A stretch of 60,160 nucleotides of DNA, filler included, from Dimargaris cristalligena (lineage: Eukaryota), in the NCBI GenBank assembly GCA_003614675.1. It is 3 parts of 3 records of this genome, joined end to end, with 100 filler letters (N's around TTAATTAATTAA, not from the genome) between each part and the next. Parts side by side here need not be neighbours in the genome. Positions count along the whole stretch, not along the records: positions 40,208 to 60,160 come from ML002712.1; 2 more parts are not named here. One strand, 5' to 3'. The position numbers were made by a program, and so were the translations under genes. Below the pieces are notes generated by a model. That model made no database searches, was not told where the DNA came from, and saw nothing but the letters and a program-made list of their open reading frames with translations. Every line of letters begins with the position of its first letter. The stretch's first letter is position 1. This document shows, in pieces, positions 49,205-60,160 of this stretch.

Positions 49205-51865
49205 ATGCATCCCTACCACAACCAAGGGGGCTACGGCTCTGACAATCCGTCTAATCAAGGAGGATACGGTCCTAATAATCCGCCCAATCAAGGGGGCTAC
49301 GGTTCCAATAATCCGCCTAGTCAGGGAGGCTATGGCTCCAATAATCCACCCAGTCAAGGAGGCTACGGCTCCAACAATCCCCCCAGTCAGGGAGGCTACG
49401 GCTCCAGCAATCCCCCCAGTCAGGGAGGCTACGGCTCCAGCAATCCCCCCAGTCAGGGAGGTTACGGCAACAACAATTCGTCCAGCCAAGGGGGCTACGG
49501 CAACAACAATCCGCCCAGTCAAATGAGCTACGGTTATGCTTACCACTACGGTTCCGGGTCCGGCTCTGCTAACCCGCATAGCTTCAACAACGACAATAGC
49601 CAGGGCAGCGGGGGCTACCCTCAGCCCCAGATGCCCCAGGGTCCGGGCTTTACCGGTGGCATCGATTATGGCGGTTACGGAGCCCCGTCCTTCCCCGCCC
49701 CCCCAAGCAGTTACGGAACTGCCACTGGTTTCCCAACCCCCTATGCCCCAGCGAGCCAGCACGGTCCCCCCGCCTTTTCGTCTCCCATGCCGGTAGTCTC
49801 TACGGGGAGTTTCTCCGCCCCCTCCAGTAATCTTCCCTCAGTCCCGTCGCCCTATGGTGCCTACCCACCGCCCCCTACGTCGCACCCACAGCCCCACCGT
49901 GTTTCGGGCGACTTTTCCTCCGGGTACGCCAATACCGGCTCGTCGGGGCCTTACCCCCCGCCCCGCCCCCCGCCGATCGCCACCGCCGCGACCGCCTACC
50001 CCGACTACAACCGCCCCTCAAGTAACTATCCCCCCGCCCCTCAATCCGCCACCACCGCCTACCCCTCCGGTAACCAGCCCAACAACCCCACTACTTACCC
50101 GCCCGTGGGGGGGATGGCCCAGAATACCCCGAACCCACCACCCACCTCCACCGGCTCCATGACCAACGTTATCCCTGTCTACAAACCGGGCCAGCCCCGC
50201 TTCCCCGTGGAGGGCGTCGACGGCTTCCACGGCCCCCTGCTTCGCTTTGGCGACATGAACTTCCACACCAAGGTGTTTTCGGGTAGCGTCATGGTTATTT
50301 CCACCTCCTCGTATATGCCCCAGCCCCCCACTCTCAATATTATGGACCAGGGCGTGTGCGTGGCCACCATTCCGGGTGAGCTCATTGATCGCCTGGATAA
50401 CAACGGCTTCTGGCGGTTCCCCTTCCGCCTGCAGCTGACTGAGAACGAGCGCCCCATTTTCTACAATATTAACCAGGGCCGGAAATACAAGTTCACCCTG
50501 CCCAGCGCGGACCTGCCCTGGCGCTGGATGTTCTACAGCTGCAACGGCTTTTCCGAATCCATCAAGGACCCCCAGGGTGAATTTAACGGCGCCAACCCCC
50601 TGTGGGACGACTTCTTGGCCAAGCATGAGCGGATGCCTTACCACGTGATGATCGGCGGCGGGGACCAACTCTACTGCGACTCCGTCTGGAAACTACCGGA
50701 ACTCAAGCCCTTCCTGGACACCAAGGACAAGAAGAAGCGCAAGGTCGTCAGCTTCACCCCCGAAATGAAGTACGCGGTGGAACGCTTCTACTTCAACCAC
50801 TACACGTATGTGTTCCTGTACGAGTCCAGTTTCCGCCACGCCGCCGGCAGTATTCCCTACGCCATGATGATCGATGACCACGATATTTTCGACGGCTACG
50901 GGTCGTACCCGGACTACCTCCAGCAGTCCCACGTGTTCCTGGGCATCGGCTCCATCGCCCTGCGCTTCTACCTGTTGTTCCAGCAGCACTCCACCCCGCA
51001 GCTGGCCGCCAGCCACCAGCTGTTCGGCTCCTCCAGCTTCTCCTGGCTTAAACACATGGGATCCTCTACCGCCATACTCGGTCTGGACGCCCGTTGGGAA
51101 CGGTCCCTAGAACAGGTCGTGTCCTCCGCCACCTACGAACTCGTCTTTAACAAACTCCGGGACCACCTCTCCAGCCAGTGTACCCACCTGGTGGTGGTAC
51201 TCGGCGTCCCCATCGCCTACCCCCGTATGGGCACCGCCGAAACCGCCCTGTCCGCCCTCTCCACCACCGCCGTGGGCTCCTTGCTCGTCAAAACCGGTGC
51301 CTTTTCGGCTCAGCTTAACGAATTCGGCGAGCCCGAACTCCTGGATGATCTCAACGACCACTGGACCGCCAAGATCCACGACGTGGAGCGCAATGATTTC
51401 GTCACCCGCCTGCAGGAATTCGCCCGCACCCGCTCCATTCGCGTTACGTTCCTTTCCGGGGACGTGCATTGCTGCGCCGTCGGCAAATTCTACAGCCGCG
51501 TGCGTAAGGGGGTCCAGATCCCGCATAAACAGGACCACCGCCTTATGTACCAGGTGGTGTCATCAGCTATTGTCAATGCCCCGCCTCCACTGGCCCTCCT
51601 CCGGACCCTCCACGTTACTTCGGGTCTGAACACGTTTGACAAATTCACCGAAGAAAAAATGCTCGAACTGTTCGAACGGGATGTGGATAACAAGGATTTG
51701 ATCAACCGTAAATTATTGGGTCGGCGTAACTACTGTACCGTGTCGGAGGACGGGTCGACGGGTGATTTGATCTTTGTTATTAATGCCGAAACCCTCGACC
51801 ACCGATCATCGGTCCCTTACCAACTCAACGTACCAACTCTGGTTGCGGGATCCAATTTTGCTTAA
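49205..51865 (+). CDS. PhoD-like (fungal PhoD_2-type) metallophosphatase with low-complexity N-terminus
   Basis: WMFYSCNGFS, PLWDD, HVMIGGGDQLYCD, DDHDIFDGYGSY, LDARWERS, ELLDDLNDHW, RVTFLSGDVH and QVVSSAIVN. Confidence 0.88.
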   Translation: MHPYHNQGGYGSDNPSNQGGYGPNNPPNQGGYGSNNPPSQGGYGSNNPPSQGGYGSNNPPSQGGYGSSNPPSQGGYGSSNPPSQGGYGNNNSSSQGGYGNNNPPSQMSYGYAYHYGSGSGSANPHSFNNDNSQGSGGYPQPQMPQGPGFTGGIDYGGYGAPSFPAPPSSYGTATGFPTPYAPASQHGPPAFSSPMPVVSTGSFSAPSSNLPSVPSPYGAYPPPPTSHPQPHRVSGDFSSGYANTGSSGPYPPPRPPPIATAATAYPDYNRPSSNYPPAPQSATTAYPSGNQPNNPTTYPPVGGMAQNTPNPPPTSTGSMTNVIPVYKPGQPRFPVEGVDGFHGPLLRFGDMNFHTKVFSGSVMVISTSSYMPQPPTLNIMDQGVCVATIPGELIDRLDNNGFWRFPFRLQLTENERPIFYNINQGRKYKFTLPSADLPWRWMFYSCNGFSESIKDPQGEFNGANPLWDDFLAKHERMPYHVMIGGGDQLYCDSVWKLPELKPFLDTKDKKKRKVVSFTPEMKYAVERFYFNHYTYVFLYESSFRHAAGSIPYAMMIDDHDIFDGYGSYPDYLQQSHVFLGIGSIALRFYLLFQQHSTPQLAASHQLFGSSSFSWLKHMGSSTAILGLDARWERSLEQVVSSATYELVFNKLRDHLSSQCTHLVVVLGVPIAYPRMGTAETALSALSTTAVGSLLVKTGAFSAQLNEFGEPELLDDLNDHWTAKIHDVERNDFVTRLQEFARTRSIRVTFLSGDVHCCAVGKFYSRVRKGVQIPHKQDHRLMYQVVSSAIVNAPPPLALLRTLHVTSGLNTFDKFTEEKMLELFERDVDNKDLINRKLLGRRNYCTVSEDGSTGDLIFVINAETLDHRSSVPYQLNVPTLVAGSNFA
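49222..49522 (+). repeat. 33-bp coding tandem repeat (about 9 x PPSQGGYGSNN)
   Basis: Repeated cagggaggctacggctcca(a/g)caatccccccagt units. Confidence 0.92.
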
Positions 51866-54442
51866 TAGATAAGGTCGCGAATTCCCACTTTCTCTACACT
51901 AATAATCTACTTATAACGACTATATATCCCCCTTTTTTATATTTTTGTGAATTGACCATTCAAGGGATAGTTGGGGGGGCCTCCTCGACCATAATATTTT
52001 TCTCACTCCCCTATCACCACCCCGTGTTTTTAGTATTTACACATCTGATTATATTCGTATAGGGGATATTTTTGCTTATACCGGTGGCGTTAATCATGCC
52101 TTCCCCATAACTCTACTTGTTATCCTGCTTCCTCGGGGTTGTCCAGTCGTCATTGAGTTAACCTACTGATGGTTGTACCTTTCTATCCGCCTAAACAACA
52201 GTATAAATACCCCATTCTAGCGAGATTGCCTCCATCTTGGTGTAAATTCATTGTAAATGATTAGGGGGACTTTTAAGGTCGCTGATGAGGAATCTGGCGT
52301 TCATCTACCGCGCTTTTCATAGGTATTTCGATTGATTTTTTTTCCACTTAAAGAGGGAGTGGGTCAGTTATCGGCCTGTTTATAACAATTAAGCAGGCGG
52401 GTTGTAGAAGCCACTTGATTACGTAAATGGCAAAAGAACTGACCTCCTTGACCTTGATCCGCCAGACGGAGTACGGCATATGCGGCACTATGCGAGTAGT
52501 TTATCTAGTCCTTCTTTATCGGTCAATCGTCCGGATTACCTCATTAAAATTATATATCGCCGGTTAATACGGTTCATGGACACTACTTGGTGCTAATGTA
52601 TAGGGGGGGAGATATAGACCAATAATGCTGTTGTTGCAAATGTGTGTTGGGCGAAAAAAACAGGGGCGGAGGGGTGGGGTCAGAGCCCTACTACTCGATG
52701 TTCAGCATTCGGAAGTCTTGACATAAAAACGTTACCATTTTCACCTACGACTTTGGGGTGTATTATACGCGCCACATCCGGGAAGCCGTGTGTCTTTTAG
52801 GGATGGGAATGGGTATATTAGCCCCTGTAGGTCCATATGGCATTGGTCAACGCTGGCCTGTAGTCATTGCATTCCAACGGTACGAAGAGGTAATTTAACG
52901 GCAACCATTATGGATTTATTTTAGTATTTTCTAGCTGGGTTCAATAGCTAACCCCCAATAAGCTACCCAAATCCACCTTAATTTTAAATGATTGGGCTTG
53001 GTAGGTTGTGTGTCTAAGGAGGTTACTATAGTTTTGTTTTGTGGATAAAATGTAGTTATGTATTGGTCCAAATATGGCCCGATCATTATCCAGTACAATT
53101 GCGTTAGTTCTGTTTTTCTTACAGAAAGGGATTCCCCTCCCCCCTCATCTAAATATGTGTTGTCAGTCACTCATTTTTGGCCGAATAGGAATTATATTAT
53201 TGGGGGATGGATTCATTGTGGGTGGTTTCCAGTTCTATAAGGTGTCTCGCACTCCCCTTACAGGGTCAGATGGTTGTCGCTATATCCCTACCGTTGCGTC
53301 GTTGTACAGGTGACGCGTTGAGTGAGTCGTTGGAAAGTTCCGTTCCAAACCCTCCATTGCAAACGCCACCGGTGTATTTAATGTGCGGAGGTACGCCATT
53401 TTAGGTATCCATGGGCAAAGCAGTTCCGCGGCAGTGTCTAGGGCGTTGGTCAACTACTGTACAGACCCTGGTCTTGTGAACACTGTTTTTCTTGGCTCTC
53501 ACTCCCAATACTTTTTTTGTACCACAATGTCGACCAACGAGGCTGGCTGGTTAATCATATACTAATGTGTGAATACTTACATTGCTGAAGCCTAGCAGGG
53601 TTGCACTAGACTGTCTGAGAGGTCTTTGTGTAGTATTTGCTTCCAGTTCGCAGAGTATAGTCTTATGGTCTAGACTGGTCTCGAAAATCGAGGCACTCAA
53701 CTGTAGTCTCATTGATAACCTGTATCTTCTCGTTGTGGTCAAAACCCATTCAACTTTATAACTTGGGCTTTGTAATACCAAGATTCCAGCTGACGTCGAA
53801 GATTGACTCAACCTAATATATGTTTTATAATCAGAGATAAGGCGAAAGAAATGAAGATATAGGGTGTGGCCGAGAATGGCCGTGATGTTGAAGGGGGGGT
53901 AGGAGCCTAACAGTTCACAATAATGCCAAATCTATTTAAAAGACGCTGTTTATTATGAACATGCCGAAGCTAGGTGATGCTCTGCCACTTTATGTTATAT
54001 CTAAGGAGATTCGGCTCCATTGGCTTTAACTACATAAGGGGAGGGAGGGAGACGCGGATATAATAGGCCACTGGTGTCTCCATAGTGTTACGGGTGCAAC
54101 TTACGGGCTAGTCCAGGGGTGAACTAAACCATATGAATTGGAGTATATTATTAACGTGGATGTGCAATGCTGGTGCATTAGTAGAAAAAGGCCGAGTCCC
54201 ACTCTGGTTTTCCAGGGCAATGGGCCCATTGCCTCCATGCCCCACCATCATCCAGACGCAGGTCGATGCCCCCGCGGATATATATATATATAAAGCCTTG
54301 TCCGGCCCACTTTTTCTAATCAACCACCATGCCATTTTCGCCAGTTGTCTTACCACCGGCACTTGCTCGAAAGTATTGTTTCAAATTTCTCGCCCATCAC
54401 TGTCGAACGCTGCGTTGTCCCGCTACCCTATCCCTCCGTACA

Positions 54443-55802
54443 ATGTGGATTTCTGCTCGCTTTGCTGCCTCCCTGACCTTGGCCGTAATCATGGGTTGCC
54501 CAGTCCATGGCGCCTCCCTACCGTCCGAGAACCCCTTAGCTGGTCTGCCCTCGGAAATGATCGCCACGATGTTTGATATTCTTCCCTACAGTGGCATTCG
54601 CAACTTTCAATTGACTAGCCGTGTAAGCAACAGGCTAGTGATGAACTTCGAGAGTGACCTGACGGATCCGGTAAGTGATATCCTGGCGCCCCATGTTTCG
54701 GTCGGGCAACTGGGATGGCGGGGTACCGCAGCTCGGTAAATATACCGATGATCTATTTACTACTTACAAGCCAGCGGGGCCCTCGTAACACCAATTTACT
54801 ACCTATCCTATTAGCTGTTAAAAGTTCACCCTTACCCTCTTGCTAACTGTTTCAGTGTTCTCCCCTTCCCCCCGCGTTGTCTCGATTGCACCAGATTCCC
54901 CTGGATAGAATTTCCTCATCCTCGAAAAATCGCTTCTCCTTCATGATGCTAACGGAAATGAGGTAGACCGTGATACTCGCCTAAATGACATGTTGTATCT
55001 AGTGGATAATGAAATTTGGCTGGCCATTGTCCACCGTATCTATACCCAACTATCGGCCCATGGCTATTCTACCAATATCACTGGTACCACCATCCCAGGG
55101 TGGGCGGCGGGAGGAGTGTTACACCCGTATTTGGAGGAGTTTAAACTTCTGCAAAAATCCCTGGTGGACGTCGAATATTTGCGTCTTAGTCGAACCCAGA
55201 AGGCCCAATTGTTTCCCCTCGCCATGTTGTGGCACCGCAAGGGAAATTACCCTCGCGCCAGCAGTTTTCTACGCAATTTGGCGGCCCAGACCGATGCGCG
55301 GGATTTTACCACCCTGAATATCAGTGTCCCGGGGGAAAAAATGGAGGCCTTGTTGACTACCCTTGGCACCTCCAATTATAATATTTGTAGACTAGTTCAG
55401 TATAAATACTGGAACCGGCTCGTCCGCCGTTTGATCATCCTAGCCATCGCGGATGGCTGTATTGACTTTGTGCAGGAACTGATGCACGATCTAGAGGAGC
55501 GGTATATGTTCGAGATGGACGATATGGCCACATTCATCATCGCCGTGATGGTGGAGATGGAGGTGCCGGCCGCGGTGTATACTCCGCTGACCCTGTATGC
55601 ATCCGTCCCGTCGAAATACAAGGACAGTAACCAAGCTGTGCTGACGGACCTGTTGCGCGCGGAACTGACCAAACAAGAAAGAATTTTGGATGTCCATTTC
55701 TTCCCCGGCCATAGAATGACTATCCAGGCGGATGTGTCAGAGCTGACGATGGAAGAGTTTACCGCCCTACCCAGATACCAACCTACGGAGCCCATCGCAT
55801 AG
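54443..55802 (+). CDS. Predicted secreted protein with F-box-like motif, about 373 aa, 2 exons (54443-54670, ~54909-55802)
   Basis: Signal peptide MWISARFAASLTLAVIMGCPVHG, then LAGLPSEMIATMFDILPYSGIRNFQLTSRVSNRLV. Donor GTAAGT at 54671; an in-frame acceptor TAG ends at 54908 (acceptor choice uncertain). Confidence 0.7.
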
Positions 55803-56523
55803 GGAGATGGTCTCTCCCTGGTGGTCGCTTGTTTTTACAGTTGAATCGAAACACTGTAAGCTGAGTGGGTCTTGCTTTATGCGTGCGTTCGATTTTCTAG
55901 TATTTAACATACATATTTAAATGACATGCACATATTACCATTGATTCTGTACTGACAGTTTATTTAGTTAACCGGTCTGTAGTAATTGATCGTCAGATAT
56001 GGGCGGCATGTTAGCTTGCACACCAGATCCACCTCCATTAACCAGTCTGCTAGGACCAACCCCCCTGACTACTTGTAGGGACCATATTGTAGATTTATCA
56101 ATAAAGAAAATGTGGAGAGAGCAAATGCATGTTAGTAAACACGGGCATAGATATATACTGCGATATTGGTATGTATTAGGTAGTGAAATGAAGGATATGT
56201 TAAGAAAAAGGCATAGATTTGTTAGATTAGAGGGGGCGGGCAGATGGTGGCATCGTGGCGAACACAGGTGGAACGGCAAATCCCATGCCGGGTAAAATGA
56301 GGCGTTAGGCAAGTTCTGGCCCCAACTGACATACACATTTCGTTAGGAGGGTAGGCCTATAGTCGTATTGTAATTAGATGATGGTTCAAGGGGAATACAA
56401 AGTAGGTACTGTGGAGTCAAAGGCAAAATAAGGGAGGGTGGGAGTAATAACCGGTCTGATCAGACCATCGAAAGTACAAAAATAACATAGGTGGGCGGTT
56501 GGGGTCATTTCAGAGCACCTGAT

Positions 56524-57711
56524 CTAGCGGTGGGGCGTCCGCGAAGGAATGCTACGTTCTATGAGAGTTAACCGGCGCTCAAAATCACTTGCGGCCAGCA
56601 ATGCCTCGTTAACGGGTGCAATGTGGTGGCCATTGGTAGGCTGTACCGGATCAGGAGTGGGCTGATCGAAAGGGTTCGGAGGAGTTGGTGAAATACCATC
56701 CCCTGCAAGCATGCAAGACCGCTGTTGAACCAACATCAATTGGAGTATATTGGCCTGCTGCTGTTGAATAAATCGGTTCTGTTGCAATAGGCTGTCCATT
56801 TCTTTTCGCAAGGCCCGCTGCTGCCGGAGAAACTTCTTTAGCCAGCGGGGACGTTTGACGGGCGGCGCTGACCAGATATCACCAGCGGGAGTGGCACAGT
56901 TGGAAGCAGTCGTGGTGGTGGAGGGGGAATCATCCGGCGTCGAGGGTGCTCGTCGCTTAGATGGCCGCGTGTTTAGATTGTTGGAGGAGGTGGTAGCGGC
57001 GGTAGTTGTGGTGGGTGGCTGGGTACCGGGCCGCTGGGTCGAAGGGGGAATAGATGATCGTGGCCGTGGGGCCGGGTTGTTGGACTTTACCGGTTTAGGG
57101 AGCGACGTGGGGACCGCCTTATCGAGAGTCGGGCTAGGTGTATTTTCCACTGTGGCATGTCTCACACTGTCCCCGGACACACTTCCCTCACTATCCTCAG
57201 GCTCATCCGCGGAGGTCTCGGCCTCATCCTCGGAGCTCGATTCGCCCGATTCGTTGATCTTGGCCTGGGCGGGAACTGGCGTGGGTCGGGCGGCTCCCGT
57301 AAGGGCAGGCGGGGGTGGGCTCCCGATAGGGGAGGTGGAGATCGCCCCCTGGGTTGCCAGTTTTTCGGGAGTAAATGGGTTACGGTGCTTGACGGAGTGG
57401 CCCCCGAAAATCGCGTGCATCTTGTCGTAGTAGGGCCAGGTGGGTCGGGTTCCGTCGCCGCTTTTAAGGAAATACCGGTTGTAGGCATTGACCAGCCGAT
57501 TGTACCGCTTACGGACTTCTTCTGGGGTCACTCGGAGTTGAAGATCGGCTATGGCATCGATGAAAAATGGGGTGCGGTTACTCTTGGGAAAACGACCAAG
57601 GTTTTTCTTGATGTATTCGAGGAGACCGAGTACCTCGTCTTGACTCAGTAGCTGCTCATCCTTACACGGCCGACCAAGCTTTTTGGGTGTGACTGACGAG
57701 GGCGTCGACAT
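56524..57711 (-). CDS. Myb/SANT-like (trihelix-type) DNA-binding protein with C-terminal coiled coil
   Basis: TPEEVRKRYNRLVNAYNR..WPYYDKMHAIFG, an AT-hook-like KKLGRPCK, a disordered Pro/Ser/Thr middle and a Gln-rich coiled coil. Confidence 0.65.
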   Translation of the reverse strand: MSTPSSVTPKKLGRPCKDEQLLSQDEVLGLLEYIKKNLGRFPKSNRTPFFIDAIADLQLRVTPEEVRKRYNRLVNAYNRYFLKSGDGTRPTWPYYDKMHAIFGGHSVKHRNPFTPEKLATQGAISTSPIGSPPPPALTGAARPTPVPAQAKINESGESSSEDEAETSADEPEDSEGSVSGDSVRHATVENTPSPTLDKAVPTSLPKPVKSNNPAPRPRSSIPPSTQRPGTQPPTTTTAATTSSNNLNTRPSKRRAPSTPDDSPSTTTTASNCATPAGDIWSAPPVKRPRWLKKFLRQQRALRKEMDSLLQQNRFIQQQQANILQLMLVQQRSCMLAGDGISPTPPNPFDQPTPDPVQPTNGHHIAPVNEALLAASDFERRLTLIERSIPSRTPHR

Positions 57712-59065
57712 GGTAGGCGAAAAAAAGAGAGATAATGAGCCGGCGACAGTTGCCAGGACAAGATTGGTTAAGGAGGAGGGAGCGATGAATTAAGTAAGTT
57801 AGTAGATGTTTAGTATTCAAAAGGAATAATAGGTTTCAAAAAAAATAAATAGGGAATCAATTCAATCAATATGGTACAGTCGCTGAAAATAATGCAAAAT
57901 TGCCGGTGAAGTAGGGTAATAAGAATGTCAGTGGGAAAGGTAAGTAAAATTACTGTTTAATGTATAAAAAAATACTAAGCCAGTTTAAGGCTGTGTGTAG
58001 TCACCAGGTTGGTATTGTGGTATTCCCGAAAAACAACCCTTCACTATTAGTCCTATCATCCAGTGGATGGTATGTTCGATGCCGAAGACCGGCTAATGTT
58101 GTTGATGGTAAAGAACACCTTGGTGGCTCAAACTAGAGGGTACAATATAAGCAAAGCGGCTCGACATTGATGTCTGAAACAGTCCAGGCCCCAACAACTA
58201 CGCTGCTTGAGTGGCATATTGGCTACTTTCTATAGGGAAGATAATCTAAGCATTGACGAACCTACACCCGTCAATTCCAGTTGAGGCCCTGCGTAAATCT
58301 ACAGTATATGGCCAGGGTTAAGTTGGGCTACAAAGCGGGGGATCCATTTGATGCGACTGCTATTCCTTGTTAAAATAGGTATCTCATCAGAAATACCAAT
58401 TGTATATAATATTCACAAATCGTATACAGTGGTGTTGGATCTTCCCAATATATACAAAGCCTGTCTGGAACCCCAAATAATCATTGATGGTTGTGTACTG
58501 CTGCATAGTGCAGGTTTAAGGAAAGCTTATTCCTATCAATTCCTTTATCGGGTCTACCAAAACCCAGATCATTACTATATATATCCCATTTAAACCGAAA
58601 CGAGCACTAACACTGAACTCACAGCCTAGAGCTAGCCACTATCTCTGAAACCATGAGAGAAGACGGTATTTTCTAAGCTATGAGATCATAAGGTGTTGAA
58701 GAAGAATGGTCGAAACGGGAGAAATCATTGTCAATGACCATTCAGCGCCTGTTACAATTATTATATCTTAGTCTTGCAATTCGGGTATAAAAACCCGCCT
58801 ATTTTACTCCCTAGTTCGAGGAGCAATCCGCTGAGAAAACGAACTAGTCATATATTACTGATTATACCGCACTTATTTCTAAATAAATATTCTTTTGTAA
58901 AAAACTTATCTATTAAACTAAATACTATTAATCTTATCACTTTAACAAGGCCGTCGAAGAGCGAATATAAAGTAGCCATGGTCCCCGAATTCGAAATATA
59001 TTCATTCCTTTAAAAACGAAACAATTTACCAAAGTTTTTTAAAGTTATTTTATTAATATAACACC

Positions 59066-60160
59066 ATGTTCCATTCCGAGCATCCGTTCACTGGGAGCCC
59101 AGGGGTATCTCCTCCGCCATCTCCATCCCGTCCCTGCTCACCACTTGAACGGTTGTTTCCGGCCTCCTCCTCCTCCTCCCGGTCTGGTGCCCTTCAACCC
59201 AACAGGGACACGCCAAACCCTCCTGGATCCCCGGGCTGTGGTACTACAGTTGTAACTTAAAGTCTATAGTGGTCAATCTTAGGTATGTTGCACTATCATG
59301 CCTAGGAAAAAATGTTGGTGATAAAAAGCCTACAGCAGCAGTTCCAGTCTAAAGCCTTAGTCCATTAGCCATTCTCAAATAATAGCCATGCTACTAACTA
59401 GCCAGGATTTTGGGTAAGGTGGCTACTTCCTCATAAGCATTTGCCAGTTAACAGATTTACTTATTGCTACCTATTTCTGAATTACTGAGTATCAGTAATG
59501 AGTATGGGTGAAATTCAGCCCAGCTATATAAGGGCTTACATTATATGTATATGGGAGAATATATGGGAATTTTATTTTTAACTAGTAATATTGGCCGAAT
59601 CTAATGGATTCTTTGTTATACAGCTTAGATGAACTTCTCCCGTATTCATAAGGGCAACTTACAGTTTAACAGTATAAGACTGTAAATAATTGTTGGACTG
59701 CATCTCCCCCTGAGTACCATTTACTGTATTGGGTATTTTGAGTAATCCTATTGGTCGAAACTACACCCAATAAATACCACTATGATAAGCTTAATTCTCA
59801 TCTTGTGGTTCTTTCTTACTTCTATCTATCTTAAAATAAACTTCATCTTTAGTCTATCTTGGATTATAACTAAGAGAATCTGTGGTTACTCTGATAATAA
59901 TATGTTCAGGGGGGTGGGGTGAGGTACTTAAAATGTATTAGAAATATCTTCTTAATTGAAAAGTTCTATAGTAAAGTAGCCCAATTAAGCCTCTCCTATT
60001 TCACATTTTTAAGCAGTACCCCAATAAAATAAGTCTAGAGTAACCCAATAGTAATTCCTTTCTGTTGGACTATATAATACTCCTTAATCCAGACACCTTA
60101 GTATCTGTAAAGAACTGAAATCAAATCCTTGAAAACTGAACTTTATTTGAAAAGATAGAT
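59066..60160 (+). pseudogene. CpG-depleted degenerate relic (pseudogene or transposon remnant)
   Basis: A Pro/Ser-rich ORF start is followed by stop-riddled, nearly CpG-free sequence. One frame reads CCTIMPRKKCW**KAYSSSSSLKP*SISH, which resembles a decayed zinc finger. Confidence 0.3.

Noticed and set aside
49222-49522. Regular 33-bp repeats resembling a CRISPR array
   Set aside because: No unique spacers; this is an in-frame coding tandem repeat in a eukaryotic gene.

Overview
This is intron-containing fungal genomic DNA. A B12-dependent methylmalonyl-CoA mutase, Pet127, an intronless bacterial-style NRPS with an E domain and novel secreted proteins point to an early-diverging fungus, possibly a Zoopagomycota mycoparasite such as Dimargaris (inference only). 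The window is not one locus. It holds three unrelated contigs (1-20050, 20151-40107, 40208-60160) joined by artificial N44-TTAATTAATTAA-N44 linkers. Contig 1 carries a multi-exon Pet127 gene and a 3898-aa NRPS (partial C-A-T-E-C-[dead A-T-C]-A-T-R). The end of that NRPS looks grafted from the lysine-biosynthesis enzyme Lys2, and its dead middle module is almost free of CpG. Contig 2 carries a Ty3/gypsy-type gag-pol element with a -1 slippery site plus pseudoknot, a Tf1-like self-priming signature and a nested LTR. It also has a secreted orphan protein, NOSIP, a RanBP3/Yrb2-like protein and a truncated methylmalonyl-CoA mutase. Contig 3 carries the 5' part of BRR2, TVP18, an SLC35/TPT transporter, a PhoD-like phosphatase with a prion-like repeat, a secreted protein with an F-box-like motif (probably the same family as the contig 2 orphan), a Myb/SANT-like protein and a CpG-depleted relic. 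All calls come from motif recognition by eye; no searches were run.
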